A stretch of 64,000 bases of DNA from Azolla caroliniana (GCA_043228905.1 JBHGNT010000013.1:8432001-8496000), one strand, 5' to 3'. Counted from the stretch's first letter, positions 12,340-26,216 are shown. The notes: a model not told the origin generated them from the letters alone. Made by a program: numbers and translations.

Positions 12340-14370
12340 AAAATGTAATTTTTCACGTAGTGTGCGAATTACACTACGACAGCGGAAAACATGGAAACTT
12401 CCAAAATGATTGTTGACACCTTAAGAAAGACAAAGGTGCTTCGAACGATGTTGAACCTAGGAAGATTTCTGAGAAGAAGGGGACTTCAACCATAGCTACT
12501 AATGAAGAAAAGCTCATGTTCATTTGCAAGCAAGTGAGTGTAAACCTCGCAAATGAAGAGCACACTTGGGTGATTGAATCCGGTGCATTGTTCCACTTAA
12601 CTCCCTCAAGAGAATGTTTCTCATCGTACACAGGCGGTCACTATGGCTGTGTAAAGATGGGAGATAATGAAGCATGCAAGATAGCCAACATCAGAATTGT
12701 ATGTCTGACAACATCGGAATTGTATGTCTAACAACATCGATTGGTTGTAGATTGACCATAAGGGATGTTGGACATGTGCCCGATATCAAGTTAAATAAGA
12801 TGTCAACTAGAAGAGTGGACGATGAAGGCTACAATGGTAGTTCTTAAAGTGGTATGTGGAAGTTCTATAAAGGAAGTCTCATAATGGCCCAAGCAGAGAA
12901 ACAGGGTACACTACATGTGATGCATGCCAAGTTGTGCAAGCATGAAGCAAATGTCGCAGCCAACTCAAGTCGAGAGCTATGGCATAAGAGGCTAGGTCAC
13001 ATGAGCGAGAGAGGCATGCATATCTTGGTTGACAAGAAACTTCTTCCATAAGTAAAATGGGTGCACTTCGAGAAATGTGTCGATTGTCTAGTCGAAAAGC
13101 AAAACTAAGTTTCACTTCACTCAAGACCACCAAAGAGAAGACAATGTGCATTAGAACTAATTTGCACAGATGTGTGTTATGTGGATGCCCAATCACATCG
13201 AGGTGGACAATATTTTGTGACATTCATTGAAGACTGCAGCAAAAAGTTGTGGGGTTTCGTACTAAAGTCGAAAGACTAAGTGTTGTCGGTCTTTAGGGAA
13301 TTTCAGGCCAGAGCTAAAAGAGAGTCTGGAATAAAGTTGAAGGTTGTTCGGATTGATAATGGTGGAGACTATAGAGGACTATTCGAGAAATATTGCAAGA
13401 CATAAGGCATAAGACTCGAATATACGGTGCCTAACACCACTGAACTGAATGGTCTTGTAGAGAGGATGAATCGAAATATAATGGAAAGATTGAGGAGCAT
13501 GTTGTCACATGAAAAGCTTCCAAAGTCATATTGGTATGAGCTTATGTTGATAGCAGTCTATCTGATCAATAGGTCTCCCTTACTGCCCGCCAAAGGTGAT
13601 GTCCCACAATGGCGATGGATAGGTAAAGATGTCTCCTATCAACACTTGAAGGTGTTCGGATGCCTGTCGTATATGCATGTTGCAAAGGATCAGAGGTTGA
13701 AGCTCGACAACAAGTTGAAACCATGCATATTTCTAGGGTACTTTGAGAATGAATTTAGGTACAAGTTGTGGGATATACTCGACAAGAAAGTGGTGAGGAG
13801 TCGAGACATAGTATTTATGAAAGATTAGATGCTCGAAGAATGGAAACAGCAGCAATCAAGGTCGTCTTCCCAATCGACTCCCACTACTAAGGACTTAGGA
13901 CTAGTCCACTCTACACAATCGACTGTTAGGAGACAACTCGTCGACATAGACGAATCTAAATTAGTCGACTTGGAGCAACTGATTGATTCATATGAGTTGG
14001 AATTGGCTGACTTGCAAAGATCAAGTGAGGCATACAAGTCAGAATCGGTCGACCTTCAGAAACCTATTGACATGTATGAACCTGAGCCGACCATGGGTGG
14101 TTGAAGATATCCACTTAGAAAAAGGAGAGCACCCACTCTATCCTCCACTCAATATGTTCTATTGACTGATGAAGATGAGCCATAATCTTACGAAGAAGCC
14201 ATGGCAGATGACCAAAAGGAGAGATGGCAAAGTGCAATGCAAGATGAAATGGACTTCTTGCCTTGAAAATTTCACTTAAGACTTGGTGGAGCTATTGAAA
14301 GGTAAGAGAGCCCTGAGAAACAAGGAGTTTCGGTAGAAAAAGGGGGTCGATTTTGATGAGATTTTAAAAA
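12340..14370 (+). mobile_element. Degenerate copia, older relative of element 28124-33509
   Basis: WVIESGALFHLTPSRECFSSYTGG, ELWHKRLGHMSERG, ELNGLVERMNR and PCIFLGY, all collinear with the intact copy. Confidence 0.9.
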
Positions 14371-15594
14371 CACAATGTGGAGGAGATAGACGAGATCAAT
14401 TCATAACAACTTGCAAAATAAAAAGAAGAACACACATACGGACAATGTGATTTTGGACCCATGATGATGTTTGTGAGCCAACAGAACCAGAATGTTCATC
14501 TTGAGGAAGATTCGTTGTCGGACGGATATGTTTGGGTCAAGCATTCTAGTCGGGGGAGTCGATCACAGAGAAGACCAATGAAGTTCTAATTGAACAAGAT
14601 ATTGAAGATGATGATCAAGGCACGTGGAATCGATGTGCAAGGCACTATCACACGGGTGTTCCATAATGTGTTACCGTACGAGATGTACAGAGATTTGAGA
14701 ATGACAAGTGAGGGTGAAAGAGTAAAGTGTTGATGTATATGTGTAAATGTGCACAAGTGTAATCGTGAATAGGAGTAGATACGTATGTGAACACATACAC
14801 ATGCGTGTGCATGTGGACAGACAAGAAAAGGTGTGAGGGAGTGATTAGATGGCTAACGGGGCTTGCACCCTTATGTATCTAACCTCATTGTAACTATTTA
14901 ACCCCTTATGAGGAATGAATAAAACATGAATAAGTTCTCTCAATCTCTCTCTCTTGACGTCTTTCTCTTTCTCTTTCCCAATGGGGGTTCAACGTGAGAG
15001 AGGGAGATATTATCATTATCATTGACCCTAACCAACATCAAACACAAGTTATCCCTTCTCCGGAATACGCTCCAAGATGTAGTTAGGGAGGTGGATTGTC
15101 ACACATAGACAATTAAAGGCAATTTAGCTATATATCCAATACACATACACAATATCCGGTAATGAATTAACACACGTAAGCTTATAGCTTAAAAGTGTAG
15201 AAGGGAAGTACTCAAGATGGAACACAATAAACTATATTACTCGTTATGAATGCATAAAATCCGGTTTCCTTATATATGCATCCGGTTATGCTACAAAAAG
15301 GCATTTACCCGGATCGGTACATGTTTCTGTATCCAATACCTTGTAAGATTACAACATTTCATATATTTTCAACTACTCTTTCTTTTTCCTAATATTCAGT
15401 TCATAACTAATCCGGTTCATACTTTATCCGGACTCTAGTTGTCCATCCTTTCACTCTTTTAACTCTAGGTCCATCTCTACTTGACAACACTTGACATGCC
15501 CGTGGGATAATGCCTTGCACGTCGGACCCACACACCCTCAATTCTCCTCCAAAATGTTCAGTATGTTTTGTTGATCGTGTGTTCTGACGACGTC

Positions 15595-18500
15595 TATCAT
15601 GAAGACATACATTTTGGCCTTACAAAGATTCGAGCCCAAGACGTCTTGGCCTATATGTTAGAGCTTTAACCATTATAATAACATATATGATGTATAGTAA
15701 TAATAAATGTATTATTAGTTATTACAAGGTATTTAGAGTATTCTAGAACATTCTAGAACATAAAAATACATTTGATGTCTGGAGCCAATTAGATGATGTG
15801 TTAAACGAGTACGTTCGACCAAAATCGGAGCCATTTGGTTGGACTGTCCCTAGTTGTGGTTCCATTTCATCCAGTCAAGTTAGTCGAGTTTCTCTGCACA
15901 AGTTGAGCTTAACACATCTAGGTGCCATCGAGTCCCAGCTTCTGCCCTCTTAGACTCTGGAGCGAACTCTTGTTTCATGGATCGTGAGTTTGTTGTAATG
16001 CATAATATTCAGTTGCATAAGCTCCCAAGCCTATTGTCTGTCGGAGTCATTGATGGACGCCCGATAGCATCAAGTGATATAGTTGAAGAGTCTAAACCAA
16101 TTCGTGTAGTCCTAGGCAATTTGGCTAGTGTCATCTCATTCAACATCATTAGTAGTCTAGAGTATTCCCTAGTTCTTGGTCTTCCATGGTTTGAGCTACA
16201 TAACCCAACTATTAATTGGAGAAAAAGAACCATTGAAGAGGTCACAGTACAATCTGAGTCTCTTAAAACTCCAACAAAGGATATGATATTCCAAAAGATT
16301 TCGACAATGTCTATACATCAATTACTTGAGGAAGGACGGAAGGAAGACATGTTGATCTTCGTAGTTTTAGCAACCCCCACATCGAGCTCACAATAATCGG
16401 GGGTCCAACTACCAAAGAAATATATAGAATTCTCCAATGTGTTTGATAAGGTGAAGGCCAATAGAGTACCAGAGCATCAACCATATGATTGCCCAATTGA
16501 TTTGCATCGACCATGTTCTTCGGGAATATATCGATGAGAAGTTGGCGAATGGGTTTATCCAGCATTCAAGATCTCCTGCTAGCGCATCCATATTTTTCGT
16601 TAAGAAGAAAGATGGTTCACTTCATCTGGTCGTGGATTATCGAGGATTGAATAAAGTAACTATTTGAAACCGATATGCTCTACCATTGATTTCGAGCCTT
16701 CTGGAATGCCTCGATGGAGCTAAGTATTTCACAAAGTTAGATCTTCGAGGTGCTTACAATCTTGTTCGAATTCTTCCTAGGGATGAATGGAAGACTACTT
16801 TCCGTACTCGCTATGGCCATTTTGAGTATATAGTGATGCCATTTGGTCTCACAAATGCACCGACAATTTTCCAACATATGGCGAATGACATTTTTCGAGA
16901 TTTCCTCGATATTTTCGTCATAGTTTACCTGGATGATATCTTGATCCACTCAAAAACTTAAGAGGATCAATATACACGTTCGACAAGCATTGCAATGGTT
17001 GCGTGAATATGGTCTCTATGCAAAATTGGAGAAGTGCAGTTTTGACTAGCGTCAAGTGGAATTTTTGGGGTACATAGTCTCTTCACATGGCATTGCTATG
17101 GATCCAGCAAAGGTTCAAACAATTTTGGATTGCCAAACAGCACAGTCTGTGCGAGATGTACAATGTTTTTTGGGGTTCGCAAACTTTTATCGCAAGTTCA
17201 TCAAAGATTATTCAAAGATCGTGTTGCCCCTCACTCAACTGACACAAAAGAATCAACCATTTGTGTGGAGTATAAATGCAAACTCTGCATTTGAAGGATT
17301 AAAGCAAGCATTTACATCCGCACCAATTTTGATGCATGTTGATCCATTGAAGTGTTTTATACTCGAAGCTGATGCATCCAACTTCGCACTAGGAAATGTA
17401 TTATCCCACATTAGCAATGATGGCCAACTGCACCCTGTGGCTTTTCATTCACGGAAATTCGAAGCTGCAGAAATCAACTATGAGATTCACGACAAAGAGC
17501 TTCTTGCCATTGTGGACTCTTTCTAACAATGGCATCATTTTTTGGAGGGTTCATCTCAACAAATCATTTTCTATAATGATCACAAAAATCTAACGTACTT
17601 CCAAAGTGCTCGAGTCTTGAGTCGTCGACCAGCTCGTTGGGCATAGTTCTTAACTCGTTTTGATTTCATAATTCTATATCGCCTTGGGATGCAACAAGGA
17701 AAAGCATATGCTTTATCTTGGCGTTCGTATATGGAACTTCAACCAGGAGAGACCGCATTTGAAAGTCAGAAGCAAATCCTCTTGGGTCCTAACCGTCTAC
17801 GACTAATGGCATTTCATGCTATAGACACACCCAGGGATTCAAGTCTTCTGGACTCCATTCGGGAGCATATTGAGACTGATGAATTCACCCAAGACATTCT
17901 GAACCATATTATCCCAGATCATGCTTCTTGTTCACAATCTCAAAATCCTCATCAAGACTACAACCAGTTCAATTGGCATGATGGTTTACTTTTTCGACAA
18001 AATCTCTTATATGTGCTTGATGGTCATTCTCGACTCGAAGTCTTGCAACAATGTCATGACACACCAATGGCTGGACATTTCGGCATCCACAAGACTTTGG
18101 CGTTAATTTCTCGAAGGTATTGGTGGCCACGACTTCCCCATTTTGTTACGGATTATGTTTGTAGTTGTGATACATGTTGCCGATCCAAAAAACCTCGACA
18201 TCATCCATATGGCTTATTACAGCCAATGCCTATTCCTGAGAGTCCATGGAAATCTATTTCATTGGACTTCATTATGGATCTACCACCTTCCAAGGGTTTT
18301 GATTCTATTCTCACGGTAGTACATCTTTCTACCAAGATGACCCATTTTCTTCCCTGCACAAAGGCCATTACGAGCCAAGAGACAACCGAGTAGTTACTCA
18401 TACAAAAGGTGTTTCAGCATCATGGTCTTCCTGATGATATTATCAGTGATCGGGGTCCCTAGTTCATCTCAAAATTTTGACAACACATGTTCAAATTCTT

Positions 18501-19124
18501 ACATACTTCTTGCAAACTCTCTTCCGGCTACCATCTAGAAAGTAACGGACAGAGTGAGTGCACCAACCAAACAGTAGAACAATATCTTCGTTGTTTTGTC
18601 AACTATCAACAAGATGATTGGGTTGATCTATTACATTTGGCAGAATTTGCTTACAACAACTTAGAACATTCTTTTACTGGATATTCCCCATTTTCTGCAA
18701 ACATTGGGTACCATCCTCGTTGGACTATGCTTGAACATCCCGAACTCTCGACAAACCCGAATGCTGAAGATCGGCTCATCCGACTCCAAGAAGTTCAAGA
18801 TATCTTTTTGCACCATTTATGTGATGCTCAAAACACTCAACAGAAGGTTGCCGATCGTCATCGACGCGATTCATCAACTACATTTCAAGTGGTAGATCAA
18901 GTATGGCTTTTACAAGGTCGCATTAAAACAACCCGACTTTGCTGCAAATTGGATTATCAACGTTTTGGCCCATATGTGATATGTAGAATACCCCATAAGG
19001 ACCTATAAATAGGTGTCTATTCATTCATCACAACTCATTTGGTTCAACACCAATTTGTAGCCCCTTAGCCTACTCTTTGTAATCCTTGCTCTCTTATATT
19101 ATAAACTCTCTTTCTATTTCTAGT

Positions 19125-19176
<52 letters not shown>

Positions 19177-20410
19177 CCTTCTATCGTCATCTTATCTTTC
19201 TCTCTCCTATTCTCAAGTCTCGACTATGGGACTACTAGGCCTACTTGGGTTACGAGAAGGCGGAGCAAAAATTGAGCTGGAATTGTCATGAGCACTTGGT
19301 TAACTTGTCGTCGTGGTTTATGTGGACAAGTCACAACAGTATGCCCAGGACCACCACAATAGAGGCATACACAATTCGCTCGTCGTCGTTGCTTTCAGCA
19401 TCCGATAATGGTCCTCAATGTCATGTTGTCTCGATTTCCATTGTGGAGTAGGGCCTTCCACCACACTTGACTTTGATACTTGGGGTGGAGTTGCGACCAC
19501 CGAAGCATATGTTTCTGTTGATCAGAAGCGTAACATTTGTTGGCGCTCAAAATGGGGCTCAAATAAGCGATTGTCACATTGCACGACCCGACTTACTACT
19601 TCAGTAAGAGATTTTGGATCATCATGGAAGGTAAGAAGTAAATCCTTCACATCATTGCGCAGACCTTGACGAAATTGATCCATTAACGCTGCCTCGTCCC
19701 ATGGAATATCAATGCTAGAAGGCGAAAATCTGCAGCATAAGCGGAAGCACGACGATCTCCTTGTCGTAATCATCGAATTTTGATTATTACTGTCCTCATA
19801 CTATCGGTGTCTCCAAATTTGGCTTGGAACTCATTAATAAACCCTTCAAAATCTTTTAATAATGGTGAGTGCTTCTCTCAGAGTGGTGCAAACCACGCAA
19901 ATGCGGTACCCGTTAACAAGGTAGCAACTAGTCCCACATGAGCAACATTAGTTGGATAACGGCTAGGATGCAATTTAATCACAAACCATACCTGATTTAA
20001 AAATCCACAAAATTGAGACCTTGTACCATCAAACTTGGCGGGCAGACTAATCTTGGGTTCCTTCGGCAAGGTTTGAACTTCCGCCGCTTGTCGTTGCAAT
20101 AGAGTAGTCTCTAATTGATGCACCTGTTGAGATAATTCTTCATACTGTTGTACTTTCTCAACACTTACTTGTTGTAGGTCTCCCAAAAATCTTTGATTTT
20201 CATGCTCCAGTGCCACAAATTTGGTTGTTAGCATGTCGAGCTCGGAGAGAACACACATATATTCTTGCTTGCTGACGGACTCCATAGTTATGAGAGAAAA
20301 TTGCTAGATTTTCTTGAATAAGGTTAATATAAGAAGAAGAAAAGAGAGATATTCGGTTCAAACTATCGAGACTTGAGAATAGGAGAGAGAAAGATAAGAT
20401 GACTTTAGAA

Positions 20411-20445
<35 letters not shown>

Positions 20446-20804
20446 CACTAGAAATGGAAAGAGAGGTTATATTATAAGAGAGCAAGGATTACAAAGAGTA
20501 GGCTAAGGGGCTACAAACTGGTGTTGAACTAAATGAGTTGTGATAAATGAATAGACACCTATTTATAGGTCCTTATGGAGTATTCTAGAATGTTCTAGAA
20601 TATTTTAGATATGTATGATATTTAATATAATCATGGAATATCCTAGAATGTTCTAGAATACTCTAAATATCTTGTAATAACTAATAATACATTTATTATA
20701 ATTATACATCATATATGTTATTATAATGGTTAAAGGTCTAACATATAGACGAACACGTCTTGGGCTCGAATCTTTGTAAGGCCAAAATGTATGTCTTCAT
20801 GACA
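15595..20804. mobile_element. Rearranged Ty3/gypsy chromovirus-type (Tcn1/Tf1-like) unit with inverted outer LTR ends, TSD ACGTC
   Basis: U3 piece (+) 15595-15760. PR-RT-RH-INT (+) ~15940-18980 ([28 protein letters not shown]). R/U5 piece (+) ~18984-19224. gag (-) ~19230-20285 (PAKFDGTR, CLYCGGPGH). Full LTR (-) 20364-20804. ACGTC at 15590-15594 and 20805-20809. Confidence 0.85.
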
Positions 20805-20869
20805 ACGTCCTCTATTGTTGTGTTGGGTCTATTCCTTCCAGTTGTTATTGTTGTTGCATCTGAGTCTCC

Positions 20870-21987
20870 TAATGCATACATCGATAGGATATAGTCCTTT
20901 TATGTTGATGTATGGTTTTCAGCCATGAGCCCCGATTGATGTTAATATACATCATGATGAGTTGTGAAGTACGCAAAACTTTCTTCGGGATATGCAAGAT
21001 ATGTTGCATATTGCACGAGATAATATAACAACTACTCAAGATAGAGCGCGTTTTTATGTTGATCATCATAGGCAACCTCGTGTATTCAACCCTAGACAGA
21101 AGGTATTTTTATGTGTACCTCACAATTCTAAGACATTGTCTAAGGGTTAGTGCGCTAAGTTAGCCCCACGGTTTTGTGGACCTTTTACAATCCTCAAACG
21201 CATTGGGTCATCAGCTTATCGTCTCGCTCTTCTTGATGGTGTTGAAATTCATCCAGTTTTTCATGTGAGTCGTCTAAAAGAACTTCTAGGTTCTGGCGAC
21301 AATATAGTTACAATTGAAACTTTGTTTACTTCTGAAGAATTATCTTCTAAACCACATGTGCCAGAAAGAATTCTTGATGTTAAAACAAAAAAAATTACAT
21401 ACTATAGAAATCCGAGAATTTAAAATAAAATGGATGTATAAATCAATAAAAGATGTCACATGGGAACGCGAAAATACTCTCAAAACTAACTTCCTTAACT
21501 TTCCATTGCCAGAGTGCAATGTTTTAAAGAGGGGGAGTATGTTACGGGCATGACCATATAATATTCCGTGGTGATAATTTACCGTAGTATTCTATACATG
21601 TGGATAAGTGTGAGGGTTAAACGAGAGTGTAAAGAATGGGAGGATTACTTTTAATCCTCGGGATTGAGACAACCCATTAGGCCAAGTGTGAACTTGCCTG
21701 GGGGCCTTGGGTATCGCTATAAATAAGAGGCCTAGCTACCCTCATTCCATCATATTTTGACTATGTCGAGACTCTGTTTCGTGGTGGTTCAACTCTTGTA
21801 GCGAGGGCCAGCACCAAGTACAACTCGACGCCACGGCGGTGGTATGGGACGCTGATCAAGGCTCGAGTCCGTCTCGATCCCTTCGCTCGGGTGGATCGGC
21901 ACCCTTCTTTCTCTCTCTCCTTTCTATCTATCTATCTATCATTCTTTTCTCCTTATCATACGCTTACATTAGATCATATCTCTAATA
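20870..21987 (+). mobile_element. 3' end of a chromovirus (integrase tail, chromodomain, PPT, 3' LTR 21540-21987), same family as 44382-51138
   Basis: IHPVFHVSRLK and chromodomain ERILD...KIKW...TWE. PPT agagggggag, then LTR TGTTACGGGCATGACC...TCTCTAATA. Confidence 0.9.
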
Positions 21988-22089
21988 AGCGATCTGGCTA
22001 CACCGACTGAAAGGTTCATCTTTATTCCATCAACAAAAGGTTCATCTTTATCCAAACAAGCATAAAAGTTAGAATCTTGATGAGGAATG

Positions 22090-23220
22090 TAACATCCAGC
22101 TACAAAAGTGGGGAAATCATTAGGTGTTTCTATTTTGAGCTATATGTAGCAATTATGCTCATCATTTTTTACGATTGACACATATTTCTCTATTTCTTTT
22201 TTAATCAAACATGCCACCCCTCCTTGTCCTCTTCTTTCTTTTGGAATTTTTTTTCCATATCAAAGAGTGTACATTATAGTTACGTAAACCTTGAATCCTT
22301 TGAGTGTCATGCTCCCATGTTTCAACAAGAAGAGTGATATCCGAGTCATCCGTGAACTCCTCTATGACAAATCCTGCATTCCATGGGTATCCATTGCAAT
22401 TCCAAAAGCATGGTCGTAAAAGACGTGGGTTAGTCTCCTATGTCACGTGTCCCTATTTGCCTACATTTCCATCTTTAGGCAAACCCTTAACCTTATTTTT
22501 CAATCATTCTTCATATGCTTTATGATGGGCATTTTGTTGTGAGATAGTATGATCTTCACTCACAAAGTATTGTGTACATTTGAGGTATACCCAACTATTT
22601 TCGAGTATGATCCGCGGCTTTGCATTATCCGTCATTGTGCATACAATAGGCCTTTCTCTAGAGCGAGTAACACCATGTTTCCCAACTCGGTGTGCCACAT
22701 ATACAGTCACATCCAACATACCATAATGCATGCTAAAAATTTCACCAATGGCCTTTACGAGGGATGCTCCTCTTTAATCCCACGGTTGACAATGTTCTTT
22801 GATCTTCGTTCGTGTTCTTTCAATTCTCGAGCATCTATGCTTTCTATATTCATCACATGCATAAAAGATGAGTTTGATACCACATACATTGGCCCATGAT
22901 TTCGTCGTGCATACATTTTTTCATGTCACTTACATCCCGCCACATCGTATCCATTGTTTCTTCCTTTAGTGCTTCCTTTAACTCAATCTTGTCGAGGCGC
23001 TCATTTGTTTCGAAAGAAACTCTTTTCCATTCTTGAATCTCTTCTTCAAGTTTTGCAACAATTTTCTTAAGGCCTTCATTGTCAAGGGTAACTATTTGGA
23101 GCTTAGCGTTATCTTTCATTAGTATCCCAATCTCTTCACTTTGCTTGTTTATGGTTTCTTGAAGAGAAGGCAAAGAGAGAGAGGGAGAGAGAGAGACTGT
23201 CGCTCTCTTCTACCATTCCC
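22090..23220 (-). mobile_element. 5' part of a LINE (coiled-coil ORF1 and start of endonuclease)
   Basis: ORF 22853-23173 is coiled-coil-like. HRVGKHG..RERPIV ORF1 motif. WNCNGYPW and LLVETWEH APE motifs at ~22310-22405. Confidence 0.75.
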
Positions 23221-24556
23221 CTATTGAGTCTTTTGATGACAATCATCTCAGGTTAAATAAGAATGGATGGTTGATACCATTGATTATGGATAGTAGTAGA
23301 TCTGGAAATGTAAATGACATTTTAAATTGCCACTTGCAATGATCTTCATTTCGAAAGTACTGATATGCGGTCCATCCTTGGGATTCGCACTAAAGATACA
23401 TTGGCTAAAAATAGGCAATTGTGTTTTCTATATTGTTTAAGTGGAAGATAATCCTTGTCATTGAATGGCTTGTTGTAATAGATCTCTTAGATCTGGTAAA
23501 TTTTGTCAGGTATTAGAGCCATGTAATAGAATGCTAGAAAGCACCTATAAGATAGGATGACACTATTGGGATCACATTTTGGGACTAGAAGTATACATAT
23601 TTATTATACATGCAAACAAAGCAGGGAAAGATGGGCAAACACCCAATCATGGTCAAAAGATCTTTTGGTTAAACTTTCTCCAATGAAGAAATAATGTCAA
23701 ATCGGTTTAGCTTGATGACAAAGATCCACTTGATGGTTTATAAGTTGACCGGATTTTGCTTGAAGACAAAGATCCACTTGATGGTTTATAAGTTGATTTG
23801 CTAAAGTTTGAGCAAAATAGATTTGTAAAAATAATTATGTAAATGCATCCAGCTTAATTGGCATGGTTTTGAACCACAAAAACATGTATTCGTCAACATG
23901 GTCCACATCTTATGCAATGCACAATTACTAGATTTTGGCCCTAAAATGCCAGAAGTTATTTATGCACCAAATTCTACTATAGATAGAGAAATCACTTAGT
24001 AATCACGTACATTGTATACTTTGGTGAGGTAGCGCAATGTTTATGCCATTGCTAGACGATGTGTATTATTATTACTCCATAATGCAAATGCCACTCATCA
24101 ATTGAAATTTGCATGTCTTATCTGAATGTCTCATCTTATCGCAATCATATTGGATAATCTCTAACGAACACACAATATGTATCCAATGCAATCTGGCAAT
24201 GAGCATCTATAGAGATGAACAAAGAAAATAGCTTAAAATTTTTGCTTAAACAATTAGAAGTAGAAATGCACGACACACACTACACGGATTGGGATGTGTT
24301 TCGTGTGTCCGTGTAGACATGTGGGTGGTGTGGGAGTTACAAGAAAATTCCATAGTTAAAAGGAGTCCCAATGTACTCGAATGGACAATGGGAGACATGA
24401 ATGAATGGCACTTCTCATCGGGTGTCTTATTTTATGATAGGTAATATTATGATAGGATTACCGATTAAGTGAGAGCGTCAAGGTTGGTCGGTCAATCAGT
24501 GGGTATAAATTAGCATGGGTTGATCCATGCATGTGTTGGTGGGTCGGATGATGGGA

Positions 24557-24777
24557 TCACTTGGGGAGCCATTGCTGACCATCGATGAAGGTGATACTGA
24601 GGAATGGCTTGGCTTGCAGATCCGTGAGGCTGCGAGACCATGAGACACGACCGCTGCGGTTGGATCCAAGGCCGGTGCATTTGTACTCGCCATAGAACAC
24701 AGTCCTGCATTAAAGTTCATAATTTGCATGGTGGTGGAGTTAAAGGCTATAAGGTGTTCCAACTTTCGACAGAAAGA

Positions 24778-24811
<34 letters not shown>

Positions 24812-25564
24812 CAGTACAGTATATGTATATGGAGGAAGAAGAAGACTCGAATAATGGTGGAAACATATATGTACATATATGCCGGAAGAAGAAGAGTGGA
24901 ATAATGGCAGGGGGGGGAGAGGAGGCAAACTCACTTTTGACTTGCGGGGACACCGAAGTCGTCCCAGCCCTCGGGCCGGATGATGTTGGCAAGCTTGGTG
25001 TAGGCGAAGACAATGCGGGAGTAGGCACCCCAGGCTCTTCCAAGGTAGATGGAGCCAGTGCCAGTCACAGTGCACGACACGAAGGAGTAGCCGGTGTTGG
25101 AAGCTGCCGACAAACGTTTTTGTGCCGAGATGGAACCATAGGTAGTGGCGATGGAGTGAATCTGGCATCCCTGGACAGAGAAGGAAGGAAACAAACAACA
25201 CGGGGAAAATTATAAGCCTCATTTGATTAATTCATTGATATTGATGAGTTTACAACAGTTATAGCTACATACAAAAAAGAGAGAGCGGGCATCTCCAAAG
25301 ATGACATCGATGGAGCCCTCGATGTAGCAATTGTTGTAGTAATGGCGACCTTCTTTATCGTAAAGAGTGCCCTGAGCGCCGTAGAAGCTGCAGTTGTAGA
25401 AAGCTACCCTGTCACCTTGTACTCGGAGAGCGACTGCCTGCTTGTTCACTGCACCTGGGGCCGGGTGGCGAGCAGTGTTCTAGCATAGTATAGTATAGTA
25501 TGTGGAGAGGAGGATGTAAGTAAGTTATATAGTTAAAAGCGAGAATGGATAAAAGGTGTGGATG

Positions 25565-25613
<49 letters not shown>

Positions 25614-26216
25614 GTGGATTGTTTTTCTTTTTTTGGGTACCTTGAAGGAAATGCTGGTGGCGATGAAGTCGTTGGCTTCAATGGCGACCGAGGCACTGGC
25701 ATACGTGCCGAGGGGCTGTCCATTCTTGTCGAGAGCATAAGCGGTGTCGCTCCATTGGAGGTAAGTGCCGGCCGCACTCTGGCCTCTGAGTGTGATGAAG
25801 TTCTTGCCGGAGGGGATAACGATCTTCTCGTTGTAGATGCCGTTCTTGACGTAGATAATCACACGTTTGGTGTTTAGAGTGGGCACGCTGTTGATAGCCG
25901 ACTGCACCTTCCGGAAATTGCCGGAACCATCCTTGGCTACCACGATGACTGTGGGGCTGGTAGTGCTGTTGGCGGCTGCAGTGGCCAATGAACGCCTGGG
26001 GAACAGGTGATAGGCCTTCTTTTGGCTATCTTTCAGGATCTGCCTAAAGTTTGTGTCGTGGTTGTCCGGCTGGTAACCTCTCACCTCCTCCTCGACCCAC
26101 CCATCGAAGCTCTGAGGTACCACCCTGTTGCCATCAACAGCCACAACCACAACCACAACCACAAGGATGATACATAACAACCATGATGCCAGCACTGAGC
26201 TCATGGATAACGCCAT
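24557..26216 (-). CDS. PME: Pectin methylesterase (CE8), signal peptide, no PMEI domain, ~388 aa, catalytic Asp replaced by Gly
   Basis: Exons 26216-25641, 25479-25273, 25170-24935 and 24704-24557, all GT-AG and in frame. Motifs [45 protein letters not shown]. Confidence 0.92.

Noticed and set aside
14370-15500. Additional solo LTRs (also 10030-10500)
   Set aside because: LTR-like composition, but matching termini and TSDs could not be established.
15595-20804. DIRS-type element (inverted terminal repeats)
   Set aside because: It encodes an aspartic protease and DDE integrase, no tyrosine recombinase is visible, and it has a 5-bp TSD.
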